A stretch of DNA of 64,000 nucleotides. Origin: an uncultured Actinomycetota bacterium (GTDB taxonomy: Bacteria; Actinomycetota; Actinomycetes; JAFAQI01). The notes beneath the pieces were generated by a model, which searched no databases, was not told where the DNA came from, and saw only the letters and a list, made by a program, of their open reading frames with translations. Shown piece by piece: positions 1 to 10,891 of this stretch (within the stretch, counting starts at the first letter, position 1; the number at the start of each line of letters is the position of its first letter). A program made the translations under genes and the position numbers. The stretch spans positions 1,472,001 through 1,536,000 of the forward strand of contig CAVYQE010000001.1 of the NCBI GenBank assembly GCA_963770565.1. The letters run 5' to 3'.

Positions 1-1
1 C

Positions 2-982
2 CCTAAGGACCGGCGGACGTTGCTACCGGTCGTGCCGGTCGAGCGCTCGACCCGGAGGACCGAAGTCGTTGCGCGGCGGCGCCTCGACCAAGGTCCGGTC
101 GCGCCGCTGCGGCTGGCCTCCGGGTGCGACCGGCGGTGCGCATTCTGCGCGATCCCGACCTTCCGCGGCGCGTTCGTGTCCCGGCTGCCGGAGGAGGTGG
201 TGGCCGAGGCGCAGTGGCTGGCCTCGACCGGCGTCCGCGAGCTGCTGCTGGTCAGCGAGAACTCGACGTCGTACGGCAAGGATCTCGCCGATCTCCGCGC
301 GCTCGAGAAGCTGTTGCCGCAGCTCGCCGCGATCGAAGGCATCGCGCGGGTCCGGGTGTCTTACCTGCAGCCGGCCGAGATGCGGCCGTCGCTGATCGAG
401 GTCATGACCGGGACGCGCGGGGTGGCGGCGTACTTCGACTTGTCCTTCCAGCATGCGAGTGAGCCGTTGTTGCGGCGGATGCGGCGCTTCGGCGGCACCG
501 AGCGGTTCCTCGAGCTGCTCGCCGCGATCCGGTCCCGGATCCCGAGCGCGGGGGTGCGCAGCAACGTCATCGTCGGGTTCCCTGGCGAAAGCGACGCCGA
601 CGTCGCGGAGCTCGAGCGGTTCCTGACCGAGGCCGGCCTCGACGCGATCGGGGTGTTCGGCTATTCGGCCGAGGACGGCACCGAGGCGGCCGGGCTGCCC
701 GACCAGATCGCGGCCGAGGTGGTTGCGGAGCGGGTCGAGCGGATCGCCTCGCTCGCCGACGAGCTGGTGGCCCAGCGCGCCGAAGACCGGATCGGCGAGG
801 CGGTGGAGGTGCTGATCCAGTCGATCGACGGTGCCTCGGCCCTCGGTAACGCCGAACATCAGGCGCCGGAGGTCGACGGAGCCGTCACCGTCCGAGGCCT
901 GCGCAACCCGGCCGTCGGTGACGTGGTGCTCGCGACCGTCTGCGGCACCGAGGGCGTTGATCTGCTTGCGGTGACGGAGTGA
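2..982 (+). CDS. rimO: Ribosomal protein S12 methylthiotransferase RimO (5'-truncated by window edge)
   Basis: Radical SAM motif [30 protein letters not shown]-terminal TRAM-like QAPEVDG. Frame is open from base 2 and the gene lies upstream of pgsA as usual in Actinobacteria. Confidence 0.9.
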   Translation, partial: PKDRRTLLPVVPVERSTRRTEVVARRRLDQGPVAPLRLASGCDRRCAFCAIPTFRGAFVSRLPEEVVAEAQWLASTGVRELLLVSENSTSYGKDLADLRALEKLLPQLAAIEGIARVRVSYLQPAEMRPSLIEVMTGTRGVAAYFDLSFQHASEPLLRRMRRFGGTERFLELLAAIRSRIPSAGVRSNVIVGFPGESDADVAELERFLTEAGLDAIGVFGYSAEDGTEAAGLPDQIAAEVVAERVERIASLADELVAQRAEDRIGEAVEVLIQSIDGASALGNAEHQAPEVDGAVTVRGLRNPAVGDVVLATVCGTEGVDLLAVTE

Positions 983-1650
983 GTGACCCAGGCGGGCCGG
1001 CGCTGCCACGGCTAGTGCCGACGATGTTGACCCCGCCCAAGCCCGACCAGATGGGCGATCCGGTCAGCGGCGCGAAGGTCGCCAACGTCGCCAACGGATT
1101 GACCCTGGTCCGCTTGCTGCTCGTGCCGGTCTTCGTCGTACTGCTTGCGCACAACTCAGGGGAGTCGAACGGCTGGCGGATATGGGCGTTCGTCGCCTTC
1201 GCCGCGGCCTGCATCACCGACCTGATCGACGGCGATGTCGCCCGGCGATGCGACCTGGTCACCGATGTCGGCAAGATCGCTGATCCGATCGCGGACAAGG
1301 CGCTCACCGGCTCGGCGCTGCTCAGCCTGTCGGCATTGGGGTTCTTGCCGTGGTGGGTGACCGCGGTCGTGCTGGCCCGGGAGTTGGGAATCACCGGTTT
1401 GCGGTTCTTCGTGATTCGGCACGGGGTCATCCCGGCCAGCCGGGGCGGCAAGCTGAAGACGCTCGTGCAGAACATCGCGATCGGCTGTTACGTGCTTCCC
1501 TTCACCGGAGCGTTGGCCAGTGCCCGGTTCTGGGTGATGGGGATCGCACTCGTCCTCACGGCGGTGACCGGTGCTGACTATGTGTCCAAGGCTTTGACAC
1601 TGCGTCGAACCAGCGCGCGTACGGCGTGGAAGCTACGCAGCCGGGCATGA
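979..1650 (+). CDS. pgsA: CDP-diacylglycerol--glycerol-3-phosphate 3-phosphatidyltransferase
   Basis: [18 protein letters not shown]...[13 protein letters not shown]-alcohol phosphotransferase motif, ASRGGKLKT. Start uncertain. Confidence 0.9.
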   Translation: MSDPGGPALPRLVPTMLTPPKPDQMGDPVSGAKVANVANGLTLVRLLLVPVFVVLLAHNSGESNGWRIWAFVAFAAACITDLIDGDVARRCDLVTDVGKIADPIADKALTGSALLSLSALGFLPWWVTAVVLARELGITGLRFFVIRHGVIPASRGGKLKTLVQNIAIGCYVLPFTGALASARFWVMGIALVLTAVTGADYVSKALTLRRTSARTAWKLRSRA

Positions 1651-2126
1651 GCGAACTGGCTGCCGACGTGCACGAGCGGCTGCTCGGCCGCAGCGAAACC
1701 GTTGCGACTGCGGAGTCCCTGACCGGCGGCCTCGTCGGCGCCGCGCTGACAACGACACCGGGCGCGTCCTTGACGTACCGCGGTGGTCTGATCGTGTACG
1801 CGACCGACCTGAAGGCCGCACTGGCCGGAGTTTCGTTGGAATTGCTCGAAAAGCACGGTGCGGTCGACCCCGACGTCGCCGGCGCGCTCGCGGTCGGTGT
1901 ACGCGATCGGCTCGCCGCGACCTGGGGTCTCGGCCTGACCGGTGTCGCCGGACCGGACCCGCAGGACGGCCAGCCGGTCGGGACGTTGTACGTCGCGATC
2001 GCCGGGCCGAGCGGTGAGCCACAGGTCGCGTCGGCCGTGCTCTCCGGCGGCCGTGACGCGATCCGCTCCGGTGCGGTCGAGCTGGCTTTGACACTCCTGC
2101 GGGACAGGCTTGCCGACGCCGAGTAA
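1647..2126 (+). CDS. cinA: CinA C-terminal domain protein (NMN deamidase family)
   Basis: AESLTGG, GAS..Y.GG, TGVAGP, PVGT motifs. ATG overlaps pgsA stop (ATGA). Confidence 0.85.
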   Translation: MSELAADVHERLLGRSETVATAESLTGGLVGAALTTTPGASLTYRGGLIVYATDLKAALAGVSLELLEKHGAVDPDVAGALAVGVRDRLAATWGLGLTGVAGPDPQDGQPVGTLYVAIAGPSGEPQVASAVLSGGRDAIRSGAVELALTLLRDRLADAE

Positions 2127-2135
2127 CGTGGATGG

Positions 2136-2555
2136 ATGGTCTTGCTCCGCCGCCTGCTGGGCGATGTTCTCCGCCGCCACCGGCTCCGCCAGTCGCGAAC
2201 TCTGCGCGATGTCAGTAGTGCCGCCGGCGTCTCGCTGGGTTACCTTTCCGAGGTCGAACGCGGCCGCAAGGAGGCGTCGAGTGAACTGCTTGCCGCGATC
2301 TGCGGGGCGCTCGAGGTCTCGCTCGCCGAGGTTCTTCGCGAGGTCAGCGACGACCTGGCCCGGGACGAGCGCCGCCGCCGGTTGGCGCCGGTGGGCTTCA
2401 CGATGACGCCTCCGTCGATCTCTGCGCAGCCCGCGGCGAGCCGCGCGGTCGCCGGCCTGCCACCGCGGATCCCGGCCGCGCGCCCCTCCGCGCAGCCGGT
2501 TGCACCGGTGGCGCAGCTGGGAGCCGGATCAATGCGACCGGTTGTCGCGGCGTGA
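2136..2555 (+). CDS. clgR: XRE-family HTH regulator ClgR
   Basis: [35 protein letters not shown]-terminal VVAA (Ala-Ala Clp degron described for Streptomyces ClgR), position after cinA. Confidence 0.8.
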   Translation: MVLLRRLLGDVLRRHRLRQSRTLRDVSSAAGVSLGYLSEVERGRKEASSELLAAICGALEVSLAEVLREVSDDLARDERRRRLAPVGFTMTPPSISAQPAASRAVAGLPPRIPAARPSAQPVAPVAQLGAGSMRPVVAA

Positions 2556-2556
2556 C

Positions 2557-3156
2557 GTGACCTCGCACCACTTCGCCTCGGCGGCACCGATCCACGAGCG
2601 GGGCCTGCACAGCCGCGCCGGCAACGCGATGGCCCGCACTCGCTCGGCCGTGCTCGACGGCGCTGCCCGGGCGGTCGAGAAGCACGGTGCCCGCAAGGCG
2701 ACGATGGCCGACATCGCCTCGCTCGCCGGCATCGCGAAGGGCACCCTCTACAACCACTTCCGGGCCAAAGAAGCGGTGTACGCCGCGGCGCTCGATGCCG
2801 GGATCCGCGGGCTGGCCGCTGAGTGCGTCGCGGCTGCGCAGGAGGATCTCGCCGAGGCACTCGCGCTCGCGGCCGAACGGATCGGCGGCCATCCGGCCCT
2901 TCGCCGGATCGCCTCGGACGAGCCGGCTGTGCTCGCCACCCTGATGACACCGACCGACATGCCGCTGTGGGGGCTGGCCCGGACTTCGGTCCGCGACGTG
3001 CTCGTGGCCGCCGGGGTCGCGACCAGCGCGGCGTCGATCGACCTGGTGGTGCGCTGGCTCACCAGCTTCATCGCCTCGCCCGGGATCGAGACCGCGAGGC
3101 AGGCCGAGCTGATCGCGGCCCCGTTGCTGCGACCCGCACTCGAGCTAGGCGCGTAG
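2557..3156 (+). CDS. TetR/AcrR family transcriptional regulator
   Basis: TMADIASLAGIAKGTLYNHFRAKE HTH. GTG 2557 chosen; ATG 2629 possible. Confidence 0.85.
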   Translation: MTSHHFASAAPIHERGLHSRAGNAMARTRSAVLDGAARAVEKHGARKATMADIASLAGIAKGTLYNHFRAKEAVYAAALDAGIRGLAAECVAAAQEDLAEALALAAERIGGHPALRRIASDEPAVLATLMTPTDMPLWGLARTSVRDVLVAAGVATSAASIDLVVRWLTSFIASPGIETARQAELIAAPLLRPALELGA

Positions 3157-6100
3157 CCGGAGTCCTCGCGGGGTCGGGTGGAAGCCCGCATTCGCCAGCG
3201 CCGCACCGAGCGCGGAGTTGACCACGGACGCGCCGTCGGCGCGCTCGACGGCCAGCCGCCCGAGCAGTCCCTCGCGGACCGCGAGGGCCAGCGCATCGGC
3301 GGCCGGCTGGATCGTGGCGGGATCCTCGCTCCAGGACAGCAATGACTTGCCGCCGCGCTCGACGTACAGGCACAGCTCCCCGCCGACCAGCACGACCAGT
3401 GCTCCGGCCTTCCGGCCCGGCCGGTGCGCACCATCGTGGGCCGGCCAGCCGAGCGCCGCGCCGTACGGGTTGGCCGGGTCGTTGGCCGCGAGCACCACAG
3501 CGCCGCCGTCCGCGTCCGGTCGTCGTAACGCGGCCATCGACCGCATCCGGTCGACCGCCCCCGGCAACGCGAACTGCGCCGCACCGAGACCCTCGACGAA
3601 GTAGCCGCGCCGACAGCGTCCGGTGTCCTCGAAGGCGCGCAGGACCGGATAGAGCGCCGCGAACCCGCCCGGCACGTGCTCAGCTGCGACCGCGCCGCGG
3701 GTGAGCACGCCGTAGCGCTCGAGCAGGTTGTCCGCGACCGCGTGCAAGCGACGGGTCTGGTCGGTCGACCGCTCCGGCGGGGTCGACCAGCGCCCCACCG
3801 TGGTCGGCGGGCCGAGCCGGACGCCGAGTGCCGGCCGCGGCCGGCGCCGGCCACGCGGCGGGGCCGGGCGGGACCGGGTCGAGGCCAACCGGGCCCGCAA
3901 CGGGGCGAGCGTGTCGTTGGTCAGGTGCCCGGACCAGACCAGGTCCCACAGTGCGGTCGCCACGGCCGCGTCGTCGTGCCCCTCGACCCGGTCCGCGACC
4001 GCGCGGAAGAACAGCGCCCCGCCGCCGGCCAGCACCTCGAGGATCCGGGCGTGCAGCGGCGTCTCGGGCGGGTCGGTGAGCGGGGGCATCGACAGCGCGG
4101 CAGTGTCCGCGAGGTGCAGCGACACCCAGCCGTCGTGGCCGGGCAGCGCGCCCTCGCCGAGCCACAGCACCTCGCCGGTCGAGGTGAGCTCGTCGAGCAT
4201 GGTGGGCGAGTAGTCGGCGACCCGGCTCGGCAGCACGATCGTCTCCAGCATCGAGGCGGGCAGCGCGGCGCCGGCCAGCTGCTCGATCGATCGAAGCAAC
4301 GCGTCCATCCCGCGCCCGGCGTGCACTCCCACTCCCTGCCAGACCGGAAGGAACTCCCCGAGTGCCTCTGGAGCGACCGGCTCGACCTCCCGGCGCAGCT
4401 TCGCCATCGAGCGCCGGCGCAGGCTGCGGAGCACGGCGGCGTCGCACCACTCGAGCCCGAGCCCGCCCGGCCGGAACTCGCCCTGCACGATCTGCCCGGT
4501 CGCCGCGAGCCGGTGCAGGGTCTGCTCGACCACCGCGACGCCGAGCCCGAAGCGCTCGGCCACCGCGGCGCTGTGGAACGGACCGCGGCGCCGGGCGTAC
4601 CGCGCGACCAGATCGCCGAGCGGGTCTCGGACCGACTCGAGGAACACCGCCGGCAGGCCCATCGGCATCGGGGTGCCGAGCGCGTCCGCTACCCGGCTGG
4701 CGTCCTCGACCGCGAGCCAGCGCGACGTACCGCCGATCCGGACCCGGATCGCGCGCCGGGTCGCCTCCAGCTCGCCGGCCAGGGACGGGTCGGCCCCGCG
4801 CTCGGCCAGCTCCTCGTCGGAGAGGTCGCCGAGCACCCGGAGCGCGTCCGCGACGTCCTCGACGGTGCGCAGCCGGCGATCCGGCGTGAGCCAGGCGAGC
4901 TCGGCCTCGACCTCGGCGACCGCGTCCGGATCGAGCAGCTCACGAAGCTCGACGTTGCCGAGCAGCTCGGCCAGCAAGGTCGAGTCGAGCGCGAGTGCCG
5001 CGGCCCGCCGCTCCGCGAGCGGCTGGTCGCCTTCGTACATGAACTGGCCGATGTAGCCGAAGACCAGGCTGCGGGCGTACGGCGAGGGTTGCTGGGTCTC
5101 GACCTCGACCACCCGGACGGTGCGGCCGGCGATGTCGCGCATCAGCTCGACCAGACCGGGCACGTCGAAGACGTCCTGCAGGCACTCACGCATCGTCTCG
5201 AGGATCACCGGGAACGAGCCGTACTGACCGGCGACGCTCAGCAACTGCGCGGACCGCTGCCGCTGTTGCCACAGCGGCGCCCGCCGGCCCGGGTTGCGGC
5301 GCGGCAGCAACAACGCGCGGGCCGCGCACTCGCGGAACCGCGAGGCGAACAGGGCCGACCCGCCGAGCTCGCGGGTCACGATCTCCTCGATCTCTTCCGG
5401 GTCGAAGACGGTCAGGTCGGGGGGCGGCGCGTCGTCGGTCTCGGGCAGTCGCAGCACGATGCCGTCGTCGGTGTGCATGACCTGCACGTCCATCCCGCTT
5501 CGCTCGCGCATCCGGGCCTGCAGGGCCAACCCCCACGGTGCGTGGACCTGGGCGCCGAACGGCGAGTGGATGGTGACCCGCCAGTCGCCGAGCTCGTCGC
5601 GGAACCGTTCCACGACCACGGTGCGGTCGTCGGGCACGTGACCGGTCGCGGCCCGCTGCTCGCGCAGGTAGGACATCGTGTTGGTGGCGGCCCAGTCGTC
5701 GAGTCCGATCGAGTGCAGTCGCTCGACCGCTGCCTCGTCGCCGACCCGCTGCAGGTCGCGAACGAACCCGCCGAGGGCGCGGCCGAGCTCGAGCGGCCGG
5801 CCGAGGGAGTCGCCGTGCCAGAACGGCATCCGGCCGGGCTGCCCGGGCGCGGGGGAGACCAAGACCCGGTCGTGGGTGATCTCCTCGATCCGCCACGACG
5901 TGCTGCCGAGGGTGAACACCTCGCCGACCCGCGACTCGTAGACCATCTCCTCGTCGAGCTCGCCGACCCGGCTCTGCCGCTCGCCCACCAGGAACACCCC
6001 GAACAGTCCGCGGTCGGGGATCGTGCCGCCACTGGTCACGGCCAGCCGTTGTGCGCCGGGTCGCCCGGTGACCGTGCCGGTCACCCGGTCCCAGACGATC

Positions 6101-7554
6101 CGCGGCCGCAGCTCGGCGAACTCATCTGAGGGATAGCGGCCCGCGAGCATGTCGAGGGTCGCGGTCAGGGCCGAGTCGGGCAGTGCGGCGAACGGCGCGG
6201 CTCGTCGTACGACGGTTGCCAGCTCCTCGACCGGCCACGGCTCCATCGCGACCATCGCCACGATCTGCTGGGCCAGTACGTCGAGCGGGTTGCGCGGGGT
6301 GCGGATCGCCTCGATCTTCCCGCCGGACATCCGCTCGGCGATGACCGCGGCCGGCACCAGGTCGCCACGATGTTTGGGGAACATCACGCCGGTGCTGATC
6401 GCCCCGACGTGGTGGCCGGCCCGGCCGATCCGCTGCAGTCCCGATGCCACCGACGGCGGCGGCTCGACCTGCACCACGAGGTCGACCGCGCCCATGTCGA
6501 TGCCGAGCTCAAGACTGCTGGTGGCGACCACGCAGGGCAGGTCCCCGCGTTTGAGTGCCTCCTCGGTCAGTGCGCGCTGCTCGCGGCTGACGCTGCCGTG
6601 GTGGGCGCGGGCGATCTCGACCGGTTCGGTCGCGTCGGGCCGGCGCTCGGCGGCGATCTCGTTGAGCCGCGCGGTCAGCCGCTCGGCCAGCCGTCGTGAG
6701 TTGGCGAACACGATCGTGCTGTGGTGCGCCTCGATCAGATCGACGATGCGGCCCTCGACGGCGGGCCAGATGCTCGAGCCCGCCTCGGGTGTGTCGCCGG
6801 CGGTAGTGGGGCCGGCCAGCTCGGTCATGTCCGCGACGGGGACGACGATGCTGACCTCGATGGTCTTGGCAGCCGGCGGCGCCACGATCGTGACCGGGTG
6901 TGGTCCGCCGAGGAAGCGGGCCACCTCCTCGACCGGACGCACCGTCGCCGACAGCCCGATCCGCTGTGCCGGCGTCTCGAGCAGCTCGTCGAGGCGCTCG
7001 AGGCTGAGCGCGAGGTGCGCGCCGCGCTTGCTCCCGGCCATCGAGTGCACCTCGTCGACGATCACCGTCTCGATGCCGCGCAGGGACTCCCGGCTCTGGC
7101 TGGTCAGCAGCAGGAACAGCGACTCGGGGGTGGTGATGAGGATGTCGGCCGGCGCCCGCAGGAAGGCACGTCGTTGCTGGGCACTCGTGTCACCGGTGCG
7201 CATCGCGACCGAGACCGGACCCGCCTCGCCCCCGAGCCGGGCCGCGGCGTGGGTGATGCCCGCGAGCGGTGCCCGCAGGTTGCGGTCCACATCGACGGCG
7301 AGCGCCTTGAGCGGGCTGACGTAGAGGACCCGGCAGCGCCGCAGCGGGTCGGCCGGCGGCGGGGTCGAAATCAGGGCGTCGATCGCGTGCAGGAAGGCGG
7401 CCAGGGTCTTGCCGGAGCCGGTCGGCGCGATCACCAGGGCGTTGTGGCGCTCGCTGATCGCGTCCCACGCGCCGGCCTGGGCCGCGGTCGGCGCAGCGAA
7501 CGAGGACCGAAACCACTCCCGCGTCGGTGCGGAGAACCGGTCGAGGCCGCTCAT
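3145..7554 (-). CDS. lhr: Lhr family ATP-dependent helicase (long form)
   Basis: APTGSGKT, SPLKALA, TTPESL, DEVH, GLSAT, HHGS, ATSSLELGID, QRIGRAGH, plus long C-terminal domain with RGYFVEGLGAAQFA. Start M-S-G-L-D-R-F at 7554. Confidence 0.93.
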   Translation of the reverse strand: MSGLDRFSAPTREWFRSSFAAPTAAQAGAWDAISERHNALVIAPTGSGKTLAAFLHAIDALISTPPPADPLRRCRVLYVSPLKALAVDVDRNLRAPLAGITHAAARLGGEAGPVSVAMRTGDTSAQQRRAFLRAPADILITTPESLFLLLTSQSRESLRGIETVIVDEVHSMAGSKRGAHLALSLERLDELLETPAQRIGLSATVRPVEEVARFLGGPHPVTIVAPPAAKTIEVSIVVPVADMTELAGPTTAGDTPEAGSSIWPAVEGRIVDLIEAHHSTIVFANSRRLAERLTARLNEIAAERRPDATEPVEIARAHHGSVSREQRALTEEALKRGDLPCVVATSSLELGIDMGAVDLVVQVEPPPSVASGLQRIGRAGHHVGAISTGVMFPKHRGDLVPAAVIAERMSGGKIEAIRTPRNPLDVLAQQIVAMVAMEPWPVEELATVVRRAAPFAALPDSALTATLDMLAGRYPSDEFAELRPRIVWDRVTGTVTGRPGAQRLAVTSGGTIPDRGLFGVFLVGERQSRVGELDEEMVYESRVGEVFTLGSTSWRIEEITHDRVLVSPAPGQPGRMPFWHGDSLGRPLELGRALGGFVRDLQRVGDEAAVERLHSIGLDDWAATNTMSYLREQRAATGHVPDDRTVVVERFRDELGDWRVTIHSPFGAQVHAPWGLALQARMRERSGMDVQVMHTDDGIVLRLPETDDAPPPDLTVFDPEEIEEIVTRELGGSALFASRFRECAARALLLPRRNPGRRAPLWQQRQRSAQLLSVAGQYGSFPVILETMRECLQDVFDVPGLVELMRDIAGRTVRVVEVETQQPSPYARSLVFGYIGQFMYEGDQPLAERRAAALALDSTLLAELLGNVELRELLDPDAVAEVEAELAWLTPDRRLRTVEDVADALRVLGDLSDEELAERGADPSLAGELEATRRAIRVRIGGTSRWLAVEDASRVADALGTPMPMGLPAVFLESVRDPLGDLVARYARRRGPFHSAAVAERFGLGVAVVEQTLHRLAATGQIVQGEFRPGGLGLEWCDAAVLRSLRRRSMAKLRREVEPVAPEALGEFLPVWQGVGVHAGRGMDALLRSIEQLAGAALPASMLETIVLPSRVADYSPTMLDELTSTGEVLWLGEGALPGHDGWVSLHLADTAALSMPPLTDPPETPLHARILEVLAGGGALFFRAVADRVEGHDDAAVATALWDLVWSGHLTNDTLAPLRARLASTRSRPAPPRGRRRPRPALGVRLGPPTTVGRWSTPPERSTDQTRRLHAVADNLLERYGVLTRGAVAAEHVPGGFAALYPVLRAFEDTGRCRRGYFVEGLGAAQFALPGAVDRMRSMAALRRPDADGGAVVLAANDPANPYGAALGWPAHDGAHRPGRKAGALVVLVGGELCLYVERGGKSLLSWSEDPATIQPAADALALAVREGLLGRLAVERADGASVVNSALGAALANAGFHPTPRGLRLRA

Positions 7555-7560
7555 CCCGCC

Positions 7561-7582
7561 ATTGTGGTCCGCGGCTCCGACA
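7561..7582 (-). promoter_or_regulatory. PafBC-type (RecA-NDp) DNA-damage promoter of lhr, probably leaderless
   Basis: Minus strand reads TGTCGG-AGCCGCGGAC-CACAAT then 6 nt to ATG, matching TGTCGG-N10-(T/C)ANNNT. lhr is a PafBC target in mycobacteria. Confidence 0.7.
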
Positions 7583-7609
7583 GCCCGGTCGCCGACATAG
7601 CGTGACCGG

Positions 7610-7807
7610 GTGCGGTTGACGGAGTTCTGGGCCCGGATGGACGAGCAGTTCGGTCCGGCGTACGCCGCATCGGTCGCCCGCGACCAGGTCGTCGCGGGGC
7701 TGGGCAACCGTACGGTCGAGCAGTCGCTGGCCGCTGGGGAGGACCCGAAGACGGTCTGGCGCGCGGTCTGCGAGCACTTCGAGATCGCGGTTTCCCGGCG
7801 GCACTGA
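7610..7807 (+). CDS. DUF3046 family protein
   Basis: MRLTEFW.RM...FG..YA.S...DQV...LG.RT..Q.L.AG.DPK.VWRAVC, the usual small gene upstream of actinobacterial recA. TAGCGT -10 lies 6 nt before GTG. Confidence 0.85.
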   Translation: MRLTEFWARMDEQFGPAYAASVARDQVVAGLGNRTVEQSLAAGEDPKTVWRAVCEHFEIAVSRRH

Positions 7808-7865
7808 CCGCCGCGATCCGGATTCGCAGGCGGTGATTGAAATCTCGCGGCGTGTCGGCTTTACT

Positions 7866-7881
7866 TCGAACACCTGTTCGT
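7866..7881. promoter_or_regulatory. LexA (SOS) box upstream of recA
   Basis: TCGAAC-ACCT-GTTCGT versus actinobacterial consensus TCGAAC-N4-GTTCGA. Confidence 0.85.
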
Positions 7882-7886
7882 ACGAC

Positions 7887-7911
7887 TGTGGACAACGCAC
7901 GGCCGTCCACA
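7887..7911. promoter_or_regulatory. DnaA-box-like pair in recA promoter
   Basis: TGTGGACAA (7887-7895; reverse complement TTGTCCACA, the perfect actinobacterial DnaA box) and CCGTCCACA (7903-7911). Confidence 0.45.
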
Positions 7912-7933
7912 ACCGCCCGGCAAGCACCGAAAC

Positions 7934-7955
7934 TGTCTCACCCCGCCTTTAGCGT
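7934..7955 (+). promoter_or_regulatory. PafBC-type (RecA-NDp) promoter of recA
   Basis: TGTCTC-ACCCCGCCTT-TAGCGT (TGTC-nn-N10-TANNNT), 35 nt upstream of recA ATG. Confidence 0.6.
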
Positions 7956-7990
7956 CGCCTTTGCACACGACCGAACCCCGGAGGAATCGC

Positions 7991-9080
<1,090 letters not shown>

Positions 9081-9091
<11 letters not shown>

Positions 9092-9584
9092 CCCGGAAGC
9101 GGTCGCCCGGCAGATCGGGCTGAGCCTGCTCGACCGCGCCCCGCGCACCCGCGCGGAGCTGGCGACCGCGATGGCTCGCCGCGGTGTGCCGGAGCAAGCC
9201 GCGACGTCGGTGCTCGACCGGTTCGTCGAGGTCGGGCTGATCGATGACGCGGCGTTTGCCGCGGCATGGGTCGACAGCCGCCACCACGGTCGTGGGCTGG
9301 CTCGCCGAGCGCTCGCCTCCGAGCTCCGGGCCCGCGGCGTGAGTGACCAGGTCGCCAAAGACGCGCTGACCGCAGTGAGCACCGACGACGAGGTTGTTGC
9401 GGCCGAAGCGCTGGTCCGCCGGCGGCTGCGGTCGATGTCCGGCCTGGCGAAGGAGGTGCAGACCCGGCGGCTGGTGGCGATGCTCGGCCGCAAGGGCTTC
9501 GGCGGCTCGCTGGCCTACCAGGCGGTCGCACGAGTGATCGGTGAAGACCGCGACCGTCTGGACGGTGACAGCGTCTCGCCTTAA
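9081..9584 (+). CDS. recX: Regulatory protein RecX
   Basis: [50 protein letters not shown]; directly after recA. Start approximate. Confidence 0.9.
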
Positions 9585-9619
9585 CCTCAGGCTTACCTGG
9601 GCGCAGAGAGGGGCGTGTC

Positions 9620-10891
9620 ATGACCGCCCTTGTCATTGCGCTCGCGGTCGTGGTTGTCGGGCTTCTCGTGGTCGTTGCACGCGTGCTGCGGATCCTGACC
9701 CGGCCGGGGGCGCCCGCACCGAGCCCCCAACCGCCCGAGCGCTCGGTCACGGCCGAGCTCGAGCGGGTAGCCGGGCTCACTGCCGCCGAAGCCAAGGCCG
9801 AGCTGCTGAAGGTGGTCCAGACCCAGGCCAAGCGGGACGCCGCGCTGATCGTGCGCGACATCGAGGCGCAGGCCCGCGAGGAGGGCGAGACCCGGGCTCG
9901 AAAGATCGTGACCCTGGCGATCCAGCGAATCGCGGGCGAGCAGACCGCCGAGTCGGTCGTCACGGTCCTGCAGTTGCCGAGCGATGACATGAAGGGCCGG
10001 ATCATCGGCCGCGAAGGGCGCAACATCCGGACCTTCGAGGCGGTCACCGGGGTCAACCTGATCATCGACGACACCCCGGAAGCCGTCCTGCTCTCGTGTT
10101 TCGATCCGGTCCGGCGGGAGGTCGGCCGGCTCACCTTGGAGAAGTTGGTCCTCGACGGCCGGATCCATCCACACCGGATCGAGGAGCAGCATGAACGCAG
10201 CAAGGCCGAGGTCGACGCGTCGTGCCTGCGCGCCGGCGAGGACGCGCTGGTCGATCTTGGCATCACCGAGATGCATCCCGATCTGATCGCGCTCTTGGGG
10301 CAGCTGCGCTACCGCACGTCGTACGGGCAGAACGTGCTGAAACATCTGGTCGAGTCCGCGCACCTGGCCTCGATGATGGCGAGCGAGCTGCGGCTGGACC
10401 GCGAGATCTGCAAGCGGTGCGCGCTACTGCACGACATCGGCAAGGCGCTGACCCACGAGGTGGAGGGCAGCCACGCCATCATCGGCGCGGAGATCGCCCG
10501 CAAGTACGGCGAGTCCGAGGATGTCGTGCACGCGATCGAGGCGCACCACAACGAGGTCGAGGTGCGCACCGTCGAGGCGGTGCTGACTCAGGCGGCTGAT
10601 GGCATCAGCGGCGGTCGGCCCGGCGCGCGACGCGAGTCCCTCGAGCACTACGTCCACCGGCTGGAACGGATCGAGCAGATCGCGGCCGGCCGGCCCGGAG
10701 TCGAGAAGGTCTTCGCGATGCAAGCCGGCCGGGAGATCCGGGTCATGGTCAAGCCTGAGGAGATCGACGATATCGGCGCCGCGGTGATCGCCCGCGAGGT
10801 CGCCAAGCAGATCGAGGAGGAGCTGACCTATCCCGGTCAGATCCGGATCACGGTCGTCCGCGAGTCGCGCGCAACGGAGGTGGCCAAGTGA
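9620..10891 (+). CDS. rny: Ribonuclease Y (short N-terminal region)
   Basis: N-terminal TM helix, KH domain MKGRIIGREGRNIR, HD domain RTSYGQN...LLHDIGK...AHH, RPGARRE, QAGREIRV. Confidence 0.93.
   Translation: MTALVIALAVVVVGLLVVVARVLRILTRPGAPAPSPQPPERSVTAELERVAGLTAAEAKAELLKVVQTQAKRDAALIVRDIEAQAREEGETRARKIVTLAIQRIAGEQTAESVVTVLQLPSDDMKGRIIGREGRNIRTFEAVTGVNLIIDDTPEAVLLSCFDPVRREVGRLTLEKLVLDGRIHPHRIEEQHERSKAEVDASCLRAGEDALVDLGITEMHPDLIALLGQLRYRTSYGQNVLKHLVESAHLASMMASELRLDREICKRCALLHDIGKALTHEVEGSHAIIGAEIARKYGESEDVVHAIEAHHNEVEVRTVEAVLTQAADGISGGRPGARRESLEHYVHRLERIEQIAAGRPGVEKVFAMQAGREIRVMVKPEEIDDIGAAVIAREVAKQIEEELTYPGQIRITVVRESRATEVAK

Noticed and set aside
3676-6129. 817-aa ORF antisense to lhr, and many similar long shadow ORFs
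   Set aside because: Expected stop-poor frames in ~70% GC DNA; no recognisable motifs.
6490-6560. AGT CTT codons at Lhr ATS/SLELG (an archaeal Lhr intein site) as another recoding scar
   Set aside because: Only a handful of A/T-ending codons, too few to separate from noise; worth including in a genome-wide test.
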